Positions 44,601 to 52,101 of a stretch of DNA of 64,000 nt are shown here, in pieces. The translations under genes and the position numbers were made by a program. The notes below the pieces were generated by a model that was not told the DNA's origin, did no database searches, and saw nothing but the letters and a program-made list of their open reading frames with translations. Source of the stretch: Nanobdellota archaeon (GTDB lineage Archaea; Nanobdellota; Nanobdellia; Pacearchaeales; GW2011-AR1); NCBI GenBank assembly GCA_030647125.1, contig JAUSKC010000017.1, positions 12,664 to 76,663 on the forward strand, in the 5' to 3' direction. Numbering within the stretch: position 1 is the stretch's first letter; each line of letters begins with the position of its first letter.

Positions 44601-44942
44601 GCTTCCGGAAAGATTGCATTGTTAACACGTCAGCCCGTGGAAGGACGTTCACGAGGAGGAGCATTAAGATTGGGAGAAATGGAACAGCAAGCACTTGTTG
44701 CTCACGGCGCGTCGCTGCTTTTGAAAGAAAGATATGATTCTGACAAAACTGTTTTATACATTGGAAAGAAAAGCGGAGAGATTGCAATCAAAGATAATAT
44801 TCGGGAAAAAATTTACTGTCCAGTTTCTGGAGAGACCGACGTGGAACCAGTTGAAGTTTCATACGCATTTAAATTATTAGTCGATGAATTGTTAGCTATG
44901 CATATTTATGCATCTTTCGATTTAAAGAATAAATACGAATAA
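41685..44942 (+). CDS. rpoB: DNA-directed RNA polymerase subunit B (unsplit)
   Basis: 1085-aa ORF with Rpb2-type motifs (GGYFIVNGNERV, HPTHYGRFCPIETPEG, GDKFATAHGQKG, RQPVEGRSRGGALRLGEME). TAATG overlap with rpoH. Confidence 0.95.
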   Translation: MSRKNDHIIVKRYLEDHSLVESNIISFNHFIEKRMQEIVNDINENIESDEFEIQLGKIEVGKPQIIEADGSSSLITPNDARLRNLTYSAPITMEMTVKKDDQVDSQTVEIGRIPVMVKSKACNTYGMNEEKLIENFIDPKDPGGYFIVNGNERVMVMAEDLAENQPFIENNNKGELKLRMFSLRGTYRIPVTISESKEGIFETTFSRFRDIPAVILLKTLGMTKESDIAKYIGKETDSVIVNLYEFANIQNVEDAMMYIAEKTALQGTKKEILDRVKQRIDSYLFPHIGTKKEDRPKKAITLCKLIKQFLIAKENPKIRTDKDHYANKRVRLSGDLLASLFRVNLGILLRDVQYSLQKSSKRKKFYSIKTIAKSTLFSHRVESAIATGSWTGERSGVTQNMDKTNYLATISQLQRVASMLASDQENFMARTLHPTHYGRFCPIETPEGTEIGLRKNLAILARVSTRIDLEEEKFSKEAEKIGLDREGIEGMEVFFNGRYIGNVKDSENFVRTIREKRRASELPVELSIRNDASLNVINISTEPGRVLRPLIIIENEKSKLKPEHMVRLEQKEMRWIDLIKEGVIEYIDAAEEENALVALFEKEIGEKNTHLEVDPMDLFGVITSLVPYGNHDQSSRLNRGSKTQKQSLGIYAANYHARLDTDVSILQYPQKPIVRSFMYDTLETYPAGQNLVVAIMPYEGYNMEDALIFNKGSVDRGVGRSFYYRPYSSVEMNYAGGLKDQILIPDKDTSGYKTEASYRYLENDGIVSPEAEVGEGEVLIGKVSPPKFLSEAREIAVRTNKESSVTMRQEEQGIVDAVFITEDDEGNKIIQIKTRDQRIPELGDKFATAHGQKGVIGAIIAEENMPFTSRGIKPDVMFNPHGLPSRMTVGYLLELLAGKVGCLRGEVVDGTSFSGESKKELEEGLKEMGFRYDGKETMYNGVTGKRMDAKIFIGNLYYLKLKYMVGNKIHGRASGKIALLTRQPVEGRSRGGALRLGEMEQQALVAHGASLLLKERYDSDKTVLYIGKKSGEIAIKDNIREKIYCPVSGETDVEPVEVSYAFKLLVDELLAMHIYASFDLKNKYE

Positions 44943-44943
44943 A

Positions 44944-47900
44944 ATGTCATTAAAATCAAGACCAGTAAAGAATAAAATTGGAGCAATAAGATTCAGCTTA
45001 GTTAATCCTGAACAAATTAAAAAGTTATCAGTTGCAAAGATTGTGACGCCAGAACTTTATGATATAGACGGGTATCCTGTCGACGGAGGATTAATGGATT
45101 TGAGGATGGGTGTTGTTGATCCTGGATTGAGATGTCGAACAGATGGAGCAGTTATAAAAGAATGTCCTGGATATCCTGGAAGCATTGACTTGGCAAGATC
45201 AGTAATACATTTGAAATATGTTCCGCTAATTGAAATGGGTTTGAGATGTTTCTGCCATGATTGTGGAAAATTAATGTTAAGTGAAAAAGACCTTGCTAAA
45301 TTCAGCCCCGCAAACAGAGCCAAAAAAGCAAAGGACTCAAAGAAATGTCCTTACTGCACCGCAAACCAAGAAAAAATCAAATTAGACAAACCAACAAGTT
45401 TCTATATAGGCAAAAAAAGAATTTTCCCTACGGAAATAAGAGAAATGCTTGTTAAAATTCCTGACGAGGATCTGAGAAAAATAGGAGTAAACCCTGAATC
45501 ATCAAGGCCCGAATGGTCTGTTTTAACGACGTTGTTGGTTCCTGCACCTACAATAAGACCATCAATTATTCTTGAAACAGGAGAAAGAAGTGAAGATGAT
45601 ATAACACATAAATTATCAGATATTATACGGGCTAATCAACGACTTTGGGAAAATTTGAATGCAGGAGCTCCTGAAGTTATAATTGAAGATTTATGGGACT
45701 TGCTTCAGTATCACATTACAACATTCTTTGACAATTCGGTTGCTCGTGTTCCTCCAGCACGTCACAGAAGCGGACAGCCATTAAAAACAATCACCGAAAG
45801 AATAAAGGGTAAAGAAGGAAGAATTAGAAAGAACTTGGCAGGTAAAAGAGTAAATTACTCTGCACGAACAGTTGTTTCACCAGATCCAAGAATTGAAATT
45901 AATGAAGTTGGTGTTCCTTATGAAATTGCAAAGATTGTTACCGTCGCTGAAGCGGTGACTGATTTAAACATTCACAAACTGAAAGAACTGGTTAATAAAG
46001 GAGAAGAATATCCCGGAGCAAATTATATTATAAGACCTGATGGAAAAAGAAAGAAAATAACCAGTGAATTAAAAGAAGAAATAATCAATGAACTTGTTAC
46101 TGGATATAAAGTTGAAAGACATTTGCAAGATGGGGACATAGTTTTATTCAATCGTCACCCTTCGCTGCACAAAGGAAGTTTAATGGCGCACTACGTAAAA
46201 GTTCTTCCTTCCAGAACTTTTAGATTGCATCCTGCAGTAACATTCCCTTACAACGCGGACTTCGACGGGGATGAAATGAATATTCACTCCCCACAGACGG
46301 AAGAAGCGCGCGCTGAAGCAAAGATTTTATTGGATGTAAAGAAAAATTTAATTTCCCCTAAGAACAATTCAAATTTAATCGGAACAAAAGCTGATTCTAT
46401 CACAGGAAATTATTTGCTTGGATTAAACGAGCTTGATAAGGCCTATGCTAATCAATTATTTTTCAAATCTGGAATTGACCTTAAAGTTTCCAAAAAAAGT
46501 ATTTCAGGATTGGAGATTTTCTCACACATAATTCCAAAAGGAACTAATTTTGAAAATGATTCTGTAAAGATCAAAGACGGGAAAATCATCTCCGGGCATA
46601 TTGACGGAAGCACATTTGGAGAAGAAGATGGAGAGTTGGTTAAAGAATTAGACAAAGCATTTGGAAGAACACAGACACTTGAGACATTAAAAAATATCTT
46701 TACTTTAGGTACAAATTACTTAACTGATAAAGGAATTACAATTTCTGTTGAAGATTTGGATTTGGATGAAAGTATTATTGAAAAAGGAAAGGAAATAATT
46801 GCACGCGCTGAGAAAAAAGTTGAAGAGTTAATTGCAAGTTATCACGACGGCACTTTAGAAATTATCCCAGGAAAAACATTTGAAGAAACAAGAGAATTGA
46901 AAATTCTTCAGACATTGAATGAAGTAAGAACAAAAATTGGAGAAGTTGTAAAGAAAGAATTCCCTGAAGATAATCCTGTTAGTAACATGATAAAATCGGG
47001 AGGGGGCGGAAATATCTTAAATATTACACAGATGGCTTCGTGCGTCGGGCAACAAGCATTTGCCGGCGGAAGAGTTGATATTGGTTATGTTGACAGAACA
47101 CTTTCATTTTTTAACAAAGGAGATTTATCCCCTCGTGCAAGAGGATTCATTCACAGTCCTTTCATAAAGGGTCTGCGTCCCGATGAATTTTTCTTCCAGG
47201 CAATTACAGGAAGAGATTCACTTATGGATACAGCGTTGAGAACTCCAAAGTCAGGATATCTTTACAGAAGATTGGCAAATGCGCTGCAGGATATAAGGGT
47301 AGAATACGATGGAACGGTAAGAGACAGTAATAATAATATAATTCAATTTATATATGGAGATGATGGAAAAGACGTTTCAAGGTTACATTTGAAAGAAAGC
47401 AAAGTTGATGCAGGCGAGGCAGTTGGAATTGTAACTGCGCAATCGTTCGGAGAATCATCGACGCAAATGGTCCTTAATACATTCCACATGGCAGGAGTTG
47501 CAGAAATGCAGGTTACTACAGGCCTTCCAAGAATTATAGAAATCTTTGATGCTCGTAAAAAACCTTCATCGCCAAAAATGGAAATTTACCTAGATAAGGA
47601 TTCAAACAATGAAAAAGATGCAAGAACCATCGCTGAAAAAATAAAAGAAGTAAAGCTTAAGGAAATTGCGTCGCATGTCAATTTGGACTTTGGCAATAAG
47701 ATTATTGAAATTGTTCTTGATAAAGAAGGAATGAGAAGAACACACACTAATTTGAAAAAAGTCGCAGAAAAATTAAAAGATCTTGGATACAAAGTCAACG
47801 AAAGAAGCGAGTCCATTGCTATTAACGCAAAAGATTCAACATTCAAGGAGATTTACAAAGTAAAGGAAAAACTTAAGGAAACAATTATTTCCGGACTAAA

Positions 47901-48447
47901 AGGAATCGAACAAATTTTAATTGTCAAGAGAGACAAGGACTTTGTAATTATAACTTTAGGAACTAATTTGAAAAAGATAATTGAGCTTAAAGAAGTCAAC
48001 ATTGAAAGGACAATTACAAATGATTTATATGAACTGGCAGAAGTTTTCGGAATTGAAGCCGCGCGACAATTGATAATAAATGAAATTGATCATACCTTAA
48101 GAAGTCAGGGTTTAGATATTGACATGAGACATTTGAAATTAATTGCAGACACTATGACAACTGCAGGCCTTGTTAAGGGAGTTACAAGAATGGGGATCAT
48201 TGCGCAGAAAGCATCGATACTTGCCAGAGCAACTTTTGAGACGCCAGTAAAACAATTCGTCAACGCCACCATAAAAGGTAACAGGGACTACTTAACAAGC
48301 GTCGTGGAGAATATTATACTAAATCAACCAATTCCCGTCGGAACAGGACTTCCAGGATTAGCAGTTCAAGTTGTTGGTTCTCTAGCAAAGAAAGATTCCG
48401 AAAAGAAAAAAGCTGATTCAAAGATTGTTGAGCAAGTTAATAAATAG
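44944..48447 (+). CDS. rpoA: DNA-directed RNA polymerase subunit A, with A' and A'' parts in one ORF
   Basis: 1167-aa ORF with these elements in one frame:
- NADFDGDEMN active site.
- Bridge helix (GRDSLMDTALRTPKSGYLYRRL).
- About 17 residues after YGDDG, the trigger-loop region that normally opens A'' (GEAVGIVTAQSFGESSTQMVLNTFHMAGV). Confidence 0.9.
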   Translation: MSLKSRPVKNKIGAIRFSLVNPEQIKKLSVAKIVTPELYDIDGYPVDGGLMDLRMGVVDPGLRCRTDGAVIKECPGYPGSIDLARSVIHLKYVPLIEMGLRCFCHDCGKLMLSEKDLAKFSPANRAKKAKDSKKCPYCTANQEKIKLDKPTSFYIGKKRIFPTEIREMLVKIPDEDLRKIGVNPESSRPEWSVLTTLLVPAPTIRPSIILETGERSEDDITHKLSDIIRANQRLWENLNAGAPEVIIEDLWDLLQYHITTFFDNSVARVPPARHRSGQPLKTITERIKGKEGRIRKNLAGKRVNYSARTVVSPDPRIEINEVGVPYEIAKIVTVAEAVTDLNIHKLKELVNKGEEYPGANYIIRPDGKRKKITSELKEEIINELVTGYKVERHLQDGDIVLFNRHPSLHKGSLMAHYVKVLPSRTFRLHPAVTFPYNADFDGDEMNIHSPQTEEARAEAKILLDVKKNLISPKNNSNLIGTKADSITGNYLLGLNELDKAYANQLFFKSGIDLKVSKKSISGLEIFSHIIPKGTNFENDSVKIKDGKIISGHIDGSTFGEEDGELVKELDKAFGRTQTLETLKNIFTLGTNYLTDKGITISVEDLDLDESIIEKGKEIIARAEKKVEELIASYHDGTLEIIPGKTFEETRELKILQTLNEVRTKIGEVVKKEFPEDNPVSNMIKSGGGGNILNITQMASCVGQQAFAGGRVDIGYVDRTLSFFNKGDLSPRARGFIHSPFIKGLRPDEFFFQAITGRDSLMDTALRTPKSGYLYRRLANALQDIRVEYDGTVRDSNNNIIQFIYGDDGKDVSRLHLKESKVDAGEAVGIVTAQSFGESSTQMVLNTFHMAGVAEMQVTTGLPRIIEIFDARKKPSSPKMEIYLDKDSNNEKDARTIAEKIKEVKLKEIASHVNLDFGNKIIEIVLDKEGMRRTHTNLKKVAEKLKDLGYKVNERSESIAINAKDSTFKEIYKVKEKLKETIISGLKGIEQILIVKRDKDFVIITLGTNLKKIIELKEVNIERTITNDLYELAEVFGIEAARQLIINEIDHTLRSQGLDIDMRHLKLIADTMTTAGLVKGVTRMGIIAQKASILARATFETPVKQFVNATIKGNRDYLTSVVENIILNQPIPVGTGLPGLAVQVVGSLAKKDSEKKKADSKIVEQVNK

Positions 48448-48510
48448 TTTACAAAACAAAAGTTTAAAAACAAAATAATTCTTCCCGAATTAACAAAAGA
48501 GTTTTTCAAA

Positions 48511-48927
48511 ATGGTTAGAACAATTGAAATGCAGGATATGCGTTACCTTAATCTTTTCGAAAGAGTTACTAGGGTCACGACGAGGTTCTGTATAAAATAT
48601 AACGACACGCTGATTTTCTGCGTGCCGCAAGCGATGATTGCACGCGCCGTCGGGCCTGAAGGAAGAAATGTAAGAAAGATTCATGAAATTCTAGGGAAAA
48701 GAATTAAAATAATTTCGGCACCGCAAGGAATTGAAGATGTAAGAAAATTCATTTCAGAAATTGTTGCGCCGGTTACATTCAAAGATCTGGAAATCAAGGA
48801 CAATGAAATAATCTTAACTGCAGGAAGCCAAAGCAAAGCAGCGCTGATAGGAAGAAACAAAAGGCGCCTTATGGAAATGCAAAAGATTTCACAGGATTTC
48901 TTTAATATGGATTTCAAGATTGTTTAA
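48511..48927 (+). CDS. nusA: archaeal NusA-like KH-domain protein
   Basis: RYLNLFERVTRV...VGPEGRNVRKI...LIGRNKRR gives two KH-like modules, in the canonical position after rpoA. Confidence 0.8.
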   Translation: MVRTIEMQDMRYLNLFERVTRVTTRFCIKYNDTLIFCVPQAMIARAVGPEGRNVRKIHEILGKRIKIISAPQGIEDVRKFISEIVAPVTFKDLEIKDNEIILTAGSQSKAALIGRNKRRLMEMQKISQDFFNMDFKIV

Positions 48928-48992
48928 CGATAAAGATTATTCATAAAAAATTAATAAGAAACCTTTTTAAACTAAATCTAGTAAACTAACTT

Positions 48993-49415
48993 ATGGGATT
49001 ATTCGGTGCTCAGAAAAAAATAAAGAATGCGAAAAAGTTCAGATGGAAGGACAGAAAATACAAAGTCAGAACCCTAAAGCTTTATGCAAAATCGGATCCT
49101 TTGGGCGGAGCTAATCAGGCGAAGGGAATTGTTCTTCAAAAAGTTCAAAAAGAAGCAAAGCAGCCAAATTCAGCGATGAGAAAATGTTGCAAAGTTCAAC
49201 TAACAAAAAATGGTAAAACTGTTACTGCATTTATTCCAGGTAATTTAGCACAGAAATTTATAGATGAACATGATGAAGTTATAATTGAAAGAATTGGTGG
49301 AAAACAAGGACGTTCGAAAGGAGATATTCCAGGCGTTCGTTATCAAGTTATAAAAGTAAATGATCAGCCATTGCACAGATTGTGGACGGGCCAGATTGAG
49401 AAGGGTAGAAGATAA
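48993..49415 (+). CDS. rps12: 30S ribosomal protein uS12
   Basis: [26 protein letters not shown]...[13 protein letters not shown]. Confidence 0.95.
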   Translation: MGLFGAQKKIKNAKKFRWKDRKYKVRTLKLYAKSDPLGGANQAKGIVLQKVQKEAKQPNSAMRKCCKVQLTKNGKTVTAFIPGNLAQKFIDEHDEVIIERIGGKQGRSKGDIPGVRYQVIKVNDQPLHRLWTGQIEKGRR

Positions 49416-49466
49416 TGAGAACCGCATCATTTTACTCCGTGAAAATGCTGGAGGGTAGAAGATAAT

Positions 49467-49757
49467 ATGGCTGGCGGAACTGGAACAGGTTATGGTGCTG
49501 ATACAACTATAGTTATTCAAGAAGCACAAAATCGAAGAAGATTAGAAAGTATTATTGATGTTGTAAAAATATTAGGGGTTGATGAAATTTATATCCCAAA
49601 CTCCCGAGGAGTCTCTCATGAAGATTTAATGAATGGCTTTACAGCAGAAGGTTATGATATTAATAAAACAAATTTTAGTTATCAAAATAAAAGATACGAA
49701 TTTGTAGCTTGCAGTATTGGAGAAAAAATGTTAAGGGGGATAAAGAGAACAGAATAA
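49467..49757 (+). CDS. hypothetical protein inserted between rps12 and rps7
   Basis: 96-aa ORF. Its ATG is directly preceded by a 14-nt copy (49453-49466) of the last codons and stop of rps12 (49403-49416). Confidence 0.45.
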   Translation: MAGGTGTGYGADTTIVIQEAQNRRRLESIIDVVKILGVDEIYIPNSRGVSHEDLMNGFTAEGYDINKTNFSYQNKRYEFVACSIGEKMLRGIKRTE

Positions 49758-49758
49758 A

Positions 49759-50373
49759 ATGACAGAAGAAAAACAAATACAAACTTTTAAGGTATTCGAC
49801 AAGTACGATCTCAGCGAAGTGAAAGTTGAAGATATTGGATTAAGAAGCATTATCAATTTAACTCCAACCTTGGTTGTTAAAAGCCAAGGTAGAAATGTCA
49901 TGAAAGCAGGACAAGCAAGGGTAAATATTATTGAACGATTTGCAAACAGAATTGCAACCGCAGGACACCGAAGCAAAAAACACAAAATAGAATTGGGGCA
50001 TGTTACAGGAAAATATTACAAGAACATGAGAATATTCTTGAATGCATTAGATATGATTGAGAAAAAAACAGGAAAAAATCCTGTACAGGTTTTGGTTAAG
50101 GCAGTTGAGAACTCTGCACCAAGAGACGAAATTACAATGATTGAATATGGTGGGGCACGTTATCCTCAAGCTGTTGACGTTTCACCCTTGAGAAGAGCTA
50201 ACTTGGCAATAAGATGGCTTGTTCAAGGCGCATCGGACAAGGCCTTTGGAAAAAAGAAAGATATCACACAAGCACTTGCCGAAGAAATTGTTTTGGCTTC
50301 CGAAAACAACGGAGAAAGTTTTGCAGCAAGAAAGAAAAACGAAGCGGAGAAACAGGCTGATAGCGCACGATAA
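49759..50373 (+). CDS. rps7: 30S ribosomal protein uS7
   Basis: Canonical position and a typical uS7 body (IIERFANRI...KAVENSAPRDE...GGARYPQAVDVSPLRR). Confidence 0.9.
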   Translation: MTEEKQIQTFKVFDKYDLSEVKVEDIGLRSIINLTPTLVVKSQGRNVMKAGQARVNIIERFANRIATAGHRSKKHKIELGHVTGKYYKNMRIFLNALDMIEKKTGKNPVQVLVKAVENSAPRDEITMIEYGGARYPQAVDVSPLRRANLAIRWLVQGASDKAFGKKKDITQALAEEIVLASENNGESFAARKKNEAEKQADSAR

Positions 50374-50425
50374 ATATAGATTTAATAATATAAATAATTA
50401 AAAAGTTTAAAGTAATCTTATTATT

Positions 50426-50683
50426 ATGAAATCAATAGATAAAATTCTTTGTCTTTTTCCTTTTAACCCTCAACTAGAATATAAAACGGCTGATGTAATT
50501 TCTGGGGGAATAGACGCATTCAAAATGATTGGAATGATAACCATAGGATTAGGATTATTTGGAAAAGAAGAGTTGCAAGGAATGAATACTATTTTAACAG
50601 GAATGGGAGTTTATGGAGCTTCTGTTATAATAGATTATGTTGCCCAGAGAATATCGGATAAAAAATTCTATTCTGATCATTAA
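50426..50683 (+). CDS. small membrane protein, hypothetical
   Basis: 85 aa with two Gly-rich hydrophobic helices. Confidence 0.4.
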   Translation: MKSIDKILCLFPFNPQLEYKTADVISGGIDAFKMIGMITIGLGLFGKEELQGMNTILTGMGVYGASVIIDYVAQRISDKKFYSDH

Positions 50684-50733
50684 ATATAATTCTTTAATAA
50701 TCATCTTTTTAAATACATTAAATATTTATTTTT

Positions 50734-51036
50734 ATGGATAAACGAAAGTTATGGTATGAAATAGTTCCTGATGGAGAATATGTTGTTTCTAGTGATAGAA
50801 TTGAAAGAACATTAAAATTCCCTCAAAAAGTTGAACTTGATTCTGTAAAATATGAAATGATAAAGGTTATTACACTCAAAAGTGGAACAAGGTATATTAG
50901 CGAATTTTACGCCAATAATGGATCTTGGAAGAAAATTGATGCAAGAAATGGAAGAGGAGATGACTTACAGGATATTCATAATGATGCTGTTAATTTCTTA
51001 AAAGGCAATTATGTCAATCAGCACGCAAATCATTAA
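50734..51036 (+). CDS. hypothetical protein
   Basis: 100-aa ORF. No motif. Confidence 0.4.
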   Translation: MDKRKLWYEIVPDGEYVVSSDRIERTLKFPQKVELDSVKYEMIKVITLKSGTRYISEFYANNGSWKKIDARNGRGDDLQDIHNDAVNFLKGNYVNQHANH

Positions 51037-51080
51037 TTTAAGATATAAATAATTAAAAACTGTTTTTTTGTTTTCCATTT

Positions 51081-51458
51081 ATGGGGGTAAATTTTCCGAC
51101 AAATTCTACTGAGTTAAACTTATCTGAAGATGGCGACGGAGCTTTTGACAGAATTGGTTTCTCTTTAGACATGAAAGTTTATACATGGGGGTGGAAATAT
51201 TTTATAAGAAAAGATGGAAAATTCAAGCTTACGGAAAAGGTCTTCAAAAAATTTGAAGGAGAGGAAATAACAGGCAGAAATTTAAATTCACTTCTTGCAG
51301 ACATTTTTAAAGAAAGATTTGGAGTTCGTTATCAAACTCACAGGTATGATGATAAAATAAAACGAGATATTCTTTGCACTTATCCTTATCAAACAGAAAG
51401 CTGGCATTTTGAAGGACATGTTGACTTGCTGCCCTTTGCTCCGTATTATAAGATATAA
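51081..51458 (+). CDS. hypothetical protein
   Basis: 125-aa ORF. No motif. Confidence 0.4.
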   Translation: MGVNFPTNSTELNLSEDGDGAFDRIGFSLDMKVYTWGWKYFIRKDGKFKLTEKVFKKFEGEEITGRNLNSLLADIFKERFGVRYQTHRYDDKIKRDILCTYPYQTESWHFEGHVDLLPFAPYYKI

Positions 51459-51617
51459 TAAATAAAACAAGAATATTTTTAAACTCTTTTTATCTGTAGT
51501 TCGAATGTTAAATAAAAGAATTAACTCTAACTGGAATATAACAGCTAGATGTAATTCTAAATCATATTTTAGCCCAGTCAAACATTTTGGCCCGGCTATA
51601 TAATAATTCTGATAAAA

Positions 51618-52019
51618 ATGGCCGAGGCAACAACTTACAAAGATAATAGGAATGATGTTTCTTATAGTTCATCTGGTTTGGAAAAAGAAGTTTTAGTTCA
51701 TCTTAGACAATATTTGGACTTTATGGAAAGAATATCCTACGAACCTTCTAGAATAAAAATTGATTTAAATCATATCTCAAGAAAGATTGCTCCTAAATTA
51801 AACAATAAATATTCAAACATTTTTGCACAAGGAGAAAGTTTCTCGGAAATGATTAGGGGAATAATGAGAAGAAAAATGAAGGACTTTAATTATGAAGAAA
51901 ATGGCAGGCCTTATACCTTCCAATTAACAGATGTTGGGATAGAAAAGGTATCTGAAAGGGACTGGATAAATTATGCAAGAAAACAATTAAAAGAATTAGG
52001 CTACAAACCGAATTATTAA
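51618..52019 (+). CDS. hypothetical protein
   Basis: 133-aa ORF. No motif. Confidence 0.4.
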   Translation: MAEATTYKDNRNDVSYSSSGLEKEVLVHLRQYLDFMERISYEPSRIKIDLNHISRKIAPKLNNKYSNIFAQGESFSEMIRGIMRRKMKDFNYEENGRPYTFQLTDVGIEKVSERDWINYARKQLKELGYKPNY

Positions 52020-52101
52020 TTTTGCAAAACGAAGATTTTAAAAAGCATTTTACCGAATGATAAATATTCTATTTATTTAATAGAGAATTTTATATAGTAA
52101 T

